Assembly: GCA_023146135.1 (NCBI GenBank)
Contig: JAGLCR010000010.1
Span: 4,139-68,138, forward strand
From: Bacteroidales bacterium
GTDB lineage: Bacteria; Bacteroidota; Bacteroidia; Bacteroidales; UBA1556
Direction: 5' to 3'
Length of the DNA stretch: 64,000 nucleotides
Made by a program: the position numbers and the translations under genes. Below, in pieces: positions 11,641 to 20,480 of this stretch. The stretch's first letter is position 1. Every line of letters starts with the position of its first letter. The notes beneath the pieces are model-generated. The model saw only the letters and a program-made list of their open reading frames with translations. It was not told where the DNA came from and ran no database searches.

Positions 11641-12255
11641 ATGCACATAGCGATTGCAGGGAACATCGGTGCCGGTAAAACAAGTTTGACACGTTTACTA
11701 GCAAAGCATTTCAAATGGGAGCCTCATTATGAGGAAGTGGAAACAAATCCTTATCTTAATAGTTTTTATGAAGATATGCAACGTTGGTCTTTCAATTTGC
11801 AAATCTATTTTTTGAATAGTCGCTTTCGTCAAGTAGTAGAAATTCGTGATGGTGCAAAAACAGTAATTCAAGATCGTACTATTTATGAGGATGCTTATAT
11901 TTTTGCGCCTAACTTGCATGAAATGGGTTTAATGCCTACGCGTGATTATAAGAATTATGAGTCGCTTTTCGAGTTGATGAATTCTTTTATTAAAGCACCA
12001 GATTTATTAATATATCTTCGTTCGTCAGTGCCAAATTTGGTAAATCAAATCCAAATGCGAGGACGTGATTATGAGAACTCAATTCGTATCGATTACCTTA
12101 AAAGCTTGAATGAGCGATACGAAAAATGGATTAATAATTATGATTCGGGTAAGCTTTTGATTATTGATGTGGATAATATTGATTTTATTAATAATCCAAC
12201 CGATTTAGGTGGAATTATTGAAAGAATTAATGCCGAAATTAATGGCCTGTTCTAA
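11641..12255 (+). CDS. Deoxynucleoside kinase
   Basis: P-loop IAGNIGAGKTS, DRTIYED and the RGRDYE lid motif; 204 aa. Confidence 0.88.
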   Translation: MHIAIAGNIGAGKTSLTRLLAKHFKWEPHYEEVETNPYLNSFYEDMQRWSFNLQIYFLNSRFRQVVEIRDGAKTVIQDRTIYEDAYIFAPNLHEMGLMPTRDYKNYESLFELMNSFIKAPDLLIYLRSSVPNLVNQIQMRGRDYENSIRIDYLKSLNERYEKWINNYDSGKLLIIDVDNIDFINNPTDLGGIIERINAEINGLF

Positions 12256-12278
12256 CAGTCTTTTTGTAATAATACTCA

Positions 12279-13016
12279 ATGAAAATATTAGGCGTAATAC
12301 CATCTAGATATGCTTCAAGTCGTTTTCCTGGCAAGCCATTGGCAAGCATAGGTAACAAAACGATGGTGCAAACGGTGTATGCTCAAGCAACAAAGTCAAA
12401 GCTTTTAGATGCAGTATATGTGGCAACCGACCATCCATTGATTGAAGCTCATATTAAAGGTTTTGGAGGTAATGTTATGATGACATCGGAAAATCATCGT
12501 AATGGGACAGAGCGAATTTTCGAATTGCTTTCAAGCATATCTGAGGAATATGATGCCGTTGTGAATATTCAAGGTGATGAACCATTTATTCAACCAGAGC
12601 AGATTGATTTGCTTTGTGAAGCTATCTCGCAGCCAAGTGTTGATATTGCCACTTTAGCTAAAAAAATTACTCTTGAAGAGGAGTTGTTTAGCCCCGATGT
12701 AGTAAAAGTAATATTTAATAAAGAGCATAAGGCAACATATTTTAGTCGTCAAGCAATTCCTTATATTCGTTCAGTATCTCAAAACCAATGGATGTCTAAA
12801 TTCGACTTTTTTAAGCATATTGGTCTTTATGCATACAAAACAAAAGTTTTAAAAGAATTGGTTGAATTAATACCTTCTCTATTGGAGCAGGCTGAGTCCT
12901 TGGAGCAATTACGTTGGTTGGAAGCCGATTATAATATTTATATTAGTGAAACCGAAATGGAAACCTTTGGTATTGATAGGCCTGAGGATATTGAAAAAGC
13001 ACTAAATCATTTTTAA
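12279..13016 (+). CDS. kdsB: 3-deoxy-manno-octulosonate cytidylyltransferase
   Basis: IPSRYASSRFPGKPL and NIQGDEPFI motifs; 245 aa. Confidence 0.9.
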   Translation: MKILGVIPSRYASSRFPGKPLASIGNKTMVQTVYAQATKSKLLDAVYVATDHPLIEAHIKGFGGNVMMTSENHRNGTERIFELLSSISEEYDAVVNIQGDEPFIQPEQIDLLCEAISQPSVDIATLAKKITLEEELFSPDVVKVIFNKEHKATYFSRQAIPYIRSVSQNQWMSKFDFFKHIGLYAYKTKVLKELVELIPSLLEQAESLEQLRWLEADYNIYISETEMETFGIDRPEDIEKALNHF

Positions 13017-13017
13017 T

Positions 13018-14046
13018 ATGGATGTAGTTATTAGCCTTAGTAATTTATTATTTGAACACAATCGTATTGTGGTAAATGGTTTAGGCGTGTTCACAACAGA
13101 ATTGGTATCGGCTTATGTTCATCCTGTAGATCATTCTTTTAATCCAGAGTTTAAAAAAATTAAATTTGAAGTTAGTACTCAAATTCAAGATGATTTACTG
13201 GCGAAAACAATAGGTGGTGCTGACGCAAATGAAAGAATTGAAGATTTTGTGCGTGATGTTAAAAAGAATCTGAAGGCTGGACAGAAAATTCAACTAAAAA
13301 ATATTGGTTACTTATTTAGTCACCATACTGGTGAAATTATTTTAGAGCAAGATCACGCTTTTAATTATGTTAAAAAGAATTTTGGTTTACAATCTTTTAC
13401 TCAGAAACCTGTGAAAAAAACAGTCCCTTCTGAAAAACCGATAGCAGTATTGCCAAGTGTTAAAGAGAAAAGTAATAGTAAAGTAATAATAATTATTCTA
13501 TGGGTGTTGGCATTAGTTTTGGCAGGAGTAGCCTTTTGGCAAGCTGAAAATATAGGTTCTTTATTTGAAGATAAACCTGTAGCTGAAAATACTGTGGATG
13601 CTCTAGATGATAAGGAAGTTGTTGAGAATAGATCTTCTACTACCATATTGGTCGATTCTAGTATGGAGGAAGGGAATATATCTACTGATACTTTGCCGTC
13701 TGAAATAGTTATAAGTGATGGTGTGCTTGATACGGCAACTGTTTCTGATGAGATTCCAGTAGAAAATGCAGTTGTTGAAGAACCGAGCGAAGTAGCTAAG
13801 GTGGCTGTAAAGCACGATGGACCACGTTATTATGTGATAGCAGGTTGTTTTGAATCTAAGTTTAAGGCCAATAGGATGTTAGAGGAATTGAAAAGTGAAG
13901 GCTTTGAAAATGCCGTGCTTGATGGGAAAATTGGTCGTCTTCATAGAGTTTGTTACGATATATATGATAATCGTCCTCAAGCGAGTAACTATATGTTAAA
14001 ACTAAAAAAAGCAGGACGTAAAGGAGTTTGGATTCAAAAAAAATAA
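13018..14046 (+). CDS. SPOR-domain protein with HU-like N-terminal domain and one TM
   Basis: C-terminal SPOR-like region (YYVIAGCFESKFKANRMLEELKSEGF), central TM (IIIILWVLALVLAGVAFW) and an acidic linker. Confidence 0.7.
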   Translation: MDVVISLSNLLFEHNRIVVNGLGVFTTELVSAYVHPVDHSFNPEFKKIKFEVSTQIQDDLLAKTIGGADANERIEDFVRDVKKNLKAGQKIQLKNIGYLFSHHTGEIILEQDHAFNYVKKNFGLQSFTQKPVKKTVPSEKPIAVLPSVKEKSNSKVIIIILWVLALVLAGVAFWQAENIGSLFEDKPVAENTVDALDDKEVVENRSSTTILVDSSMEEGNISTDTLPSEIVISDGVLDTATVSDEIPVENAVVEEPSEVAKVAVKHDGPRYYVIAGCFESKFKANRMLEELKSEGFENAVLDGKIGRLHRVCYDIYDNRPQASNYMLKLKKAGRKGVWIQKK

Positions 14047-14118
14047 TTCATTTTTACTTCTAAATACAATTTCAAATTATAATATTAGGTTATTTTATAT
14101 CAATATATTTTATAATAA

Positions 14119-14808
14119 ATGGGCAATAAGAATAAGTTAGCAAAATTTGCCGAGTCGGCTGTTTTTCCTAATATGTTTCAACCAGACTATGAAGAAGTGA
14201 AGGATGGTTATGCTATGCAGGGGAAATGGTGCAGTGATTTTTTTAAGAATAAAAATGATTTGGTACTCGAACTTGGTTGTGGAAAAGGGGAGTATACTGT
14301 GGGCCTTGGTAGGAATTATCCCAATCGAAACTTTATTGGAGTCGATATTAAAGGAGCTAGAATTTGGCGAGGTTGCAAAACTTCGGTGGATGAAGGATTA
14401 AATAATGTGGCTTTCTTACGCCAAAAAATACAACTGATTTCCAATATGTTTACCCAAGATGAGGTAGCTGAAATATGGATTACTTTCCCAGATCCACAAC
14501 CCAAAGTAGCCAAACGACGGTTGACTTCTCCGCAATATATGGAACGGTATGCAAAAATATTAAAATCTGGAGGTATAATAAATTTTAAAACCGATAGTGA
14601 GCCCTTGTTTGATTATACTTTGGAGATGATAGAGGAGTATGGTCATGAGTTAATAGTATCGGTAAAGGATCTTTATTCTTCTGAAAGTTTTGAAGAGGTT
14701 AAGTCTATCCGAACTCATTACGAAAAGCTCTTTAACGATCAAGGTTTTGATATAAACTTTATGCAGTTTCGATTGAACTCGGAGTTTCATCAAAAACATA
14801 GACAATAA
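14119..14808 (+). CDS. trmB: tRNA (guanine-N7)-methyltransferase
   Basis: SAM motif VLELGCGKGEY and the FPDPQPK box; 229 aa. Confidence 0.88.
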   Translation: MGNKNKLAKFAESAVFPNMFQPDYEEVKDGYAMQGKWCSDFFKNKNDLVLELGCGKGEYTVGLGRNYPNRNFIGVDIKGARIWRGCKTSVDEGLNNVAFLRQKIQLISNMFTQDEVAEIWITFPDPQPKVAKRRLTSPQYMERYAKILKSGGIINFKTDSEPLFDYTLEMIEEYGHELIVSVKDLYSSESFEEVKSIRTHYEKLFNDQGFDINFMQFRLNSEFHQKHRQ

Positions 14809-15149
14809 TGAATATGTCTCAAGACGATAGTTTCTTTAATAAGGTATTTCAAGTATGTAAGCAGATACCAAAAGGGAAAGTTACATCATATGGTGCTATA
14901 GCAAAAGCTATTGGCTCTCCTCAATCGGCACGTATGGTTGGTTGGGCAATGAATAAGTCTTTTTCGTTTGAAGAATCAATTCCTGCACATAGAGTAGTCA
15001 ATAGAATAGGTATGCTTAGTGGAAAAAAGGCTTTTGGAAATCCTAATTTGATGCAGCAGTTATTGGAACAAGAAAGTATTCCTGTTAAGGACGATCAGGT
15101 TCAAGATTTTGAGAAGTACTTTTGGGACCCAATTATGCTTGATTTCTAG
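14808..15149 (+). CDS. Alkyltransferase-like (ATL) protein, MGMT DNA-binding domain without the acceptor Cys
   Basis: 113 aa with an MGMT C-terminal fold pattern, but the active site reads PAHRV (14982-14996) instead of PCHRV. TAATG overlap with trmB. Confidence 0.8.
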   Translation: MNMSQDDSFFNKVFQVCKQIPKGKVTSYGAIAKAIGSPQSARMVGWAMNKSFSFEESIPAHRVVNRIGMLSGKKAFGNPNLMQQLLEQESIPVKDDQVQDFEKYFWDPIMLDF

Positions 15150-15264
15150 GCTTATATTTATTTCCTTTTGATTTCTCCATTTTTTTAATTTTGGAGTCAA
15201 GAAAATAAATCAAGAATTAGCAGCTTTCTTTATTAATTTTACACCGAATTAAAACAATAAGATT

Positions 15265-15846
15265 ATGACACAAAAAAAATGGTTTATTCCAGTGGTTATC
15301 ATTGGAGCGATAGTAATTGCAGGGATGATGTTTGTAAGCTGGGCCAATGGAGTATATAATACTGCAGTGAGTTTGCAGGAAGATACAGATGCTCAATGGG
15401 GTAATGTGCAAGGAGCTTATCAGCGTAGAGCCGATTTGGTGCCACAGCTAGTAGCCACAGTTAAAGGGGCTGCAGAGAATGAGCATAAAATATTAACAGA
15501 GGTTACTCAAGCACGTGCAGGTATTGTAAATGCCACTACACCAGAGGATATGGAGTTGATGGGTAAAAAAATAAATACAGCTATTAATTTGGCATTTGAG
15601 GCTTATCCTGAGATAAAATCTACTCAGAATTTTCGAGATTTGCAAGCCCAACTTGAAGGTACAGAGAACCGTGTTTCAGTTGAGCGTCGCCGATATAACG
15701 AAACAGCAAAGGAGTTTAATAAGCATGTTCGTGGATTATTTAGACGATGGGCTTTAGGTGTTTTTGGTGCAGAAGACGAATTTTTAAAGAAAGAAATGTT
15801 TAAAGCATCGGCTGGCGCAGAAAATGCTCCTACGGTAGAATTTTAG
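15265..15846 (+). CDS. lemA: LemA family protein
   Basis: N-terminal TM plus the LemA pattern (YQRRADLVPQLV, RRRYNE); 193 aa. Confidence 0.88.
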   Translation: MTQKKWFIPVVIIGAIVIAGMMFVSWANGVYNTAVSLQEDTDAQWGNVQGAYQRRADLVPQLVATVKGAAENEHKILTEVTQARAGIVNATTPEDMELMGKKINTAINLAFEAYPEIKSTQNFRDLQAQLEGTENRVSVERRRYNETAKEFNKHVRGLFRRWALGVFGAEDEFLKKEMFKASAGAENAPTVEF

Positions 15847-15850
15847 TATT

Positions 15851-16297
15851 ATGGCTGAAAATATCTATAATTTTTTCAGTGAGGAGGCTAAGGGCTTAAT
15901 CGTTGACGAAGTAAAAAGAGCAGAGAAAGAAACTTCAGGTGAGATTCGTGTACATATTGATAATCACTGTAAAGGTGATGTGATGGACTGTGCGGCCTAT
16001 GTTTTTGAGAAATTAGAAATGCAGAAAACAGAGCTTCGAAATGGGGTGCTGTTTTACCTTGCAGTAAGAGATCATAAATTTGCCATATTAGGCGATGCAG
16101 GAATAAATGCTGCTGTACCTGATGATTTTTGGGATGAAGTAAAAAATCTAATGTTTGAAGAGTTCAAGCAAGGTCATTTTGCTGAAGGCTTGATTGATGG
16201 TATTCAGATGGCAGGAAGTAAGTTGAAAGAGTTTTTCCCTTATCTAGAGGGTGATGTTAATGAATTATCGGATGATATATCCTTTGGTAATAAATAG
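15851..16297 (+). CDS. TPM-domain protein (cytoplasmic type)
   Basis: 148 aa; SGEIRVHI ... FAILGDAGI is the TPM/TLP18.3-like pattern, in the conserved position after lemA. Confidence 0.75.
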   Translation: MAENIYNFFSEEAKGLIVDEVKRAEKETSGEIRVHIDNHCKGDVMDCAAYVFEKLEMQKTELRNGVLFYLAVRDHKFAILGDAGINAAVPDDFWDEVKNLMFEEFKQGHFAEGLIDGIQMAGSKLKEFFPYLEGDVNELSDDISFGNK

Positions 16298-16310
16298 AAA
16301 TTAAAATATT

Positions 16311-17132
16311 ATGACTTCAAAAAAAAGTGTTTTTATTTTATTATTGTTGCTGATTTCAAGTATTGCTTTTGCGCAATTTCCTCAGCGACCAAATCCCCCA
16401 AAGGCAGTTAACGATCTTGTAGGTATATTTTCCGAAAATGAAGCTCAGCAGTTAGAAGCCGATTTGCGAAGCTTTACCCGCGAAACTTCTACAGCCATTG
16501 TTGTGGCGGTGGTAAGCGACTTGCAGGGTATGGATCGGGCTGATTATACCATTAGCCTAGCTCATAAATGGGGTATAGGACAAAAAGGAAAGGACAACGG
16601 TATTTTGATTATGATTCAGCCTACGGGTGGAAAAGGTCAGCGTGATGCTTTTATTGCGGTTGGTTATGGGCTTGAAGGCGTGGTGCCTGATGCTATTGCT
16701 AATCAAATTATGAATAATGAGATGATTCCGCAGTTTGAAAAGGGTAATTATTTTCTTGGGGTAAGTGCTGCCGTAAATGTGTTGAAAGAAATAACCAAAG
16801 GAGAATATACAGCCGAGCAGTATGCAACAGCAGTACAACAGAGAAGGTCGGGAGGTTTATGGAAAATGTTGATGATGATAGGCGTTATGTTCATTTTTGT
16901 ATTCCTTAATATGGGAAGAGGAGCCTATCGTTATAGTCGAACCAATAATATGGGATTTTGGGCTGCAATGTTGCTAATGATGAATTCAGGTTCGCACCGA
17001 GGAAGTTATAGTAACTTTACTGGTGGAACTGGTGGTTTTGGTGGAGGTAGTAGTTTTGGTGGCGGCGGCGGCGGCTTCGGTGGATTTGGTGGTGGCGGAT
17101 TTGGCGGCGGCGGTGCTGGCGGTAGTTGGTAA
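16311..17132 (+). CDS. TPM-domain membrane protein (YgcG-like) with Gly-rich tail
   Basis: Signal peptide, TPM domain (VNDLVGIFSENEAQQLE ... GYGLEG), two TMs and a C-terminal GGFGG repeat tract. Confidence 0.8.
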   Translation: MTSKKSVFILLLLLISSIAFAQFPQRPNPPKAVNDLVGIFSENEAQQLEADLRSFTRETSTAIVVAVVSDLQGMDRADYTISLAHKWGIGQKGKDNGILIMIQPTGGKGQRDAFIAVGYGLEGVVPDAIANQIMNNEMIPQFEKGNYFLGVSAAVNVLKEITKGEYTAEQYATAVQQRRSGGLWKMLMMIGVMFIFVFLNMGRGAYRYSRTNNMGFWAAMLLMMNSGSHRGSYSNFTGGTGGFGGGSSFGGGGGGFGGFGGGGFGGGGAGGSW

Positions 17133-17198
17133 AACTCTTTTTTTGAATTGTAGTATCCTTATACAAAAAGTATAAATAAAAAATATAAACTCTAAAGT

Positions 17199-18368
17199 AT
17201 GTTTCCAACCTTAGGTCATTTAATTAATTATATATTTGGAACAAACATATTGTTTCCCATGCCCACCTATGGTTTTGTATTGGTGATGGCATTTTTAACT
17301 GGCGGCTTGGTTATTAGACAGGCCTTTATTTATCGAGAAAAGAATGGAGATATCGGGCCGAAAAAAGATAAAAGATTAGTTTCTGGACCAATCAATTATT
17401 CTGATTATTTATTGGGAGTGGTCTTTAATTTTATTGTTGGTTATAAAATTGGAGGCATCATTACTCAATACGACTTATTTACCAAAGGAGTGGATAGTTA
17501 CATATTTTCCACTTTAGGAAGCTTATGGATAGGATTGTTAGTTGCAGGACTTACCGCGGCATATTCTTATTATCAGGCCAAACAAAAATATAGTCCTGAG
17601 AAAGTGTATGAAGAAATGGATGTTTATCCACATTCATTATGGCTTAACATTATGGTTGTTGCTGCTTTTTCAGGTATCATTGGCGCCAAGCTTTTTGATA
17701 TTCTTGAAAATCTAGACTCTTTCTTTCAAGATCCCTTAGCACAGTTATTCTCCAGTGGAGGTTTTACTTTTTACGGTGGTTTAATAATAGGTGTTCTTGG
17801 CGTTTTTATGTTTGCGCGAAAGCAAAAAATAAATATTCTGATTTTGATGGATGCTGCAGCGCCAGCAATATTAGTGGCTTACGCTGTGGGCCGAATGGCA
17901 TGTATGCTTTCAGGCGATGGTTGCTGGGGAATTCCAAACCCGGAGCCTAAACCCGAAATGTTAGCCTTTCTTCCCGACTGGATGTGGGCATACGATTTTC
18001 CACATAATGTAATTAAGGAAGGAGTTCCTATTCCTACTTGCCATGGCGATTATTGTTATATGTTAGACGTGCCTGTTTTTCCAACTCCATTTTATGAAAG
18101 CTCTTTAAGCTTATTATTTGCTATTATTGTTTGGAACTTGAAAGGAGTTGTTAAGGCTGGTGGAGTTTTGTTTTTTCTAATGCTTATTATGAATGGAATA
18201 ACACGCTTCTTTATCGAAAAAATTAGAGTAAATAACACTTATGAGCTGGGTAGTTATCATATTACACAGGCGGAAATTATATCATCTTTATTAGTAATAG
18301 GTGGGGTGATTGGAATTTATTTTATGAACCGGATTTATCAAAATAATAATGCAAGAAAATATCTTTAG
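17199..18368 (+). CDS. lgt: Prolipoprotein diacylglyceryl transferase
   Basis: Polytopic membrane protein with GGFTFYGGLIIGV and GRMACMLSGDGCWG motifs. At 389 aa it is longer than E. coli Lgt. Confidence 0.85.
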   Translation: MFPTLGHLINYIFGTNILFPMPTYGFVLVMAFLTGGLVIRQAFIYREKNGDIGPKKDKRLVSGPINYSDYLLGVVFNFIVGYKIGGIITQYDLFTKGVDSYIFSTLGSLWIGLLVAGLTAAYSYYQAKQKYSPEKVYEEMDVYPHSLWLNIMVVAAFSGIIGAKLFDILENLDSFFQDPLAQLFSSGGFTFYGGLIIGVLGVFMFARKQKINILILMDAAAPAILVAYAVGRMACMLSGDGCWGIPNPEPKPEMLAFLPDWMWAYDFPHNVIKEGVPIPTCHGDYCYMLDVPVFPTPFYESSLSLLFAIIVWNLKGVVKAGGVLFFLMLIMNGITRFFIEKIRVNNTYELGSYHITQAEIISSLLVIGGVIGIYFMNRIYQNNNARKYL

Positions 18369-19341
18369 CTTCTTATTCGAGAACAGTAGTGATGCAATTT
18401 TCTTATCAGATTCTTTTGGTGATATTATTGAGGTGAATAGTATTGCCTGTAATCTAATGGGTTATGAAAAAGACGAGCTTCTTAGTCTAAATTTTAGAGA
18501 AATAAAATCACCTAGATATAGAAATATATTTAGTGAAAATATTCAAAATATTATTACGAATAAGGTTTATACATACGAAACCGAACATATTAAAAAAAAT
18601 GGTGATGTTTGTCCCATCGAAATTAAAAGTAGGCTAGCAGAATATAATGGAAAGCAAGTTATTATATCTGTTGCTAGAAATATTCATAGGCGAAAGGCGT
18701 ATGAGCAAAAACTGCTACAAACAATAATTAAAACAGAGGAGAAAGAAAGAAAACGTTTTGCTGAGGATCTTCATGATGGTTTAAGTCCCATATTGTCTAC
18801 AATAAAACTTTATGCCGATTTGCTTAAAAAGGATGATTTTAAACAAACGAGTAAAGAGCAAATAATAAATGATATAGAAGAGTTAGCCGAATTATCAATT
18901 TCAACAGCAAAAGAAATAGCTAATAATATTACTCCTAATATTTTACACGACTTGGGTTTGGTTTCGGCTATTAAAGAGTTCTGCAATTACATTAATAATA
19001 CAAAAAAAATAAGAATAGAATTAAATACAGATAAATATGAACCCTGTAATAATGATTTGGTCGAATCGGTTATTTTTCAGGCTGTAAAAGAGTTGATAAA
19101 TAATGCGTTAAAGCATTCTGAAGCTGATGTTGTTGTATTGGAACTTAAGAGTAACAATAATCAAATAATACTTTATTATAAAGATGATGGGATTGGATTT
19201 AATGTGAATAATGTAATAGGAAGTAGTGGAGGTTTAGGACTTAATAATATTACTAATAAGATTAAGTCAATAAAAGGTAATTGCGATTTTAGCAGTCGTG
19301 AGAATAAAGGTTTAATATTTATGGCAGTAATAAAACTTTAA
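18349..19341 (+). CDS. Cytoplasmic PAS sensor histidine kinase (HisKA_3 type)
   Basis: PAS region followed by the H-box FAEDLHDGLSPIL and an HATPase region (NNALKHS, DDGIGF, GGLGLNN). No TM. Overlaps the lgt end by 20 nt. Confidence 0.85.
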   Translation: MQENIFSFLFENSSDAIFLSDSFGDIIEVNSIACNLMGYEKDELLSLNFREIKSPRYRNIFSENIQNIITNKVYTYETEHIKKNGDVCPIEIKSRLAEYNGKQVIISVARNIHRRKAYEQKLLQTIIKTEEKERKRFAEDLHDGLSPILSTIKLYADLLKKDDFKQTSKEQIINDIEELAELSISTAKEIANNITPNILHDLGLVSAIKEFCNYINNTKKIRIELNTDKYEPCNNDLVESVIFQAVKELINNALKHSEADVVVLELKSNNNQIILYYKDDGIGFNVNNVIGSSGGLGLNNITNKIKSIKGNCDFSSRENKGLIFMAVIKL

Positions 19342-19343
19342 TA

Positions 19344-19970
19344 ATGGAAATAATAGGAGTTATAATAGCTGATGATCATATAATATTTCGCAAAGGGTTA
19401 AGAACGGTGCTTAATGAAATATCGTTTGTCAAAGTGCTCGACGAAGCATCAGATGGACAAGATGTATTAAGGGTAATGAAAATAAACCCAGCCGATATTA
19501 TTTTGATGGATATAAATATGCCTGGTATGAATGGTATTGATGCCACAAAAAAAGTAAAAGAAAAGTATCCAGATACCGAGATTATTGCATTGACTATGCA
19601 TGAGGAAATAGGTTATTTTAATAGAATGATAGAAGCAGGAGCAAAAGGTTTTTTGCAAAAAAAAACTACTAAGGATCAGCTAGCTACTGCAATAAAAAAT
19701 GTATTCTATGGTGAAACATACTTCTCCGAAGAATTTGTGATAAGCACACAAAAGAATGTAGATGTAAAAGCTCCATCTATTTCGATAAGCGATAGAGAAA
19801 AAGATGTGTTAAAACTCATTGCTAAGGGTTATTCGAATGTAGAGATTGCTGAAAAACTGCATATTAGCAAACGAACTATTGATGGACATAAGGCAAGGTT
19901 ATTTGATAAAACAGGAGCTAAGAATGCTCCCAACCTGATTATGTTTGCTTTGAAAAATGGACTTATTTAA
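19344..19970 (+). CDS. NarL/LuxR-type response regulator
   Basis: Receiver (ADDH..., ILMDINMPGMNG) plus a C-terminal LuxR HTH (SDREKDVLKLIAKGYSNVEIAEKLHISKRTIDGH). Confidence 0.9.
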   Translation: MEIIGVIIADDHIIFRKGLRTVLNEISFVKVLDEASDGQDVLRVMKINPADIILMDINMPGMNGIDATKKVKEKYPDTEIIALTMHEEIGYFNRMIEAGAKGFLQKKTTKDQLATAIKNVFYGETYFSEEFVISTQKNVDVKAPSISISDREKDVLKLIAKGYSNVEIAEKLHISKRTIDGHKARLFDKTGAKNAPNLIMFALKNGLI

Positions 19971-20425
19971 AAAGGTTTCAATATCATTAAAAGTATGTAC
20001 TATTAATTCTCCTGAATCTTTGATTTCGTAGATATTCTTATCGAGATCATAAACTTAAATTTACTTAAATAAAAAATTTCCTGTCTGCAAAATGATAAAG
20101 AAAACATGATTTTGTGTTATCAATAATTTCATTTGTGCTTTGCCATTTTCAAGCAATTGGTCTAGCCCCCTATAATTCTGTCCTACTTATTAGGGAGCTA
20201 ATACACAATGCAAAATACCTAAGTAAAAAACAATTTCGAAAATCTTAAATATTTCTTATTTATAAATAATAGAAATTCAAGTAATTACATTTATCTGGAT
20301 AAGATAGTCCTGCATGTTTTATTTTGTGTATCCTTAGTGTAATCAGTATGTTACAATATGAGTGTTAGGTATAAATACGCTAAAAAAAAATACATAATAC
20401 TCTACCCCACGTCTCCATGCTCTTC

Positions 20426-20433
20426 TACATTTG
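20426..20433 (+). promoter_or_regulatory. Candidate -7 box (TACATTTG) for the hydrogenase/signalling cluster
   Basis: Exact TAnnTTTG 48 nt upstream of the ATG at 20481, at the end of a 510-bp ORF-free region. Confidence 0.35.
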
Positions 20434-20480
20434 CCGTATAAATATATCGAAATATAGTAATTATAAAAAACTAATAAACC

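Noticed and set aside
16990-17132. Repetitive GGT/GGC-rich DNA that looks like a tandem repeat
   Set aside because: It is in frame within the YgcG-like CDS and encodes the GGFGG tail. It lacks the regular unit and spacer structure of a CRISPR array or a VNTR with defined period.
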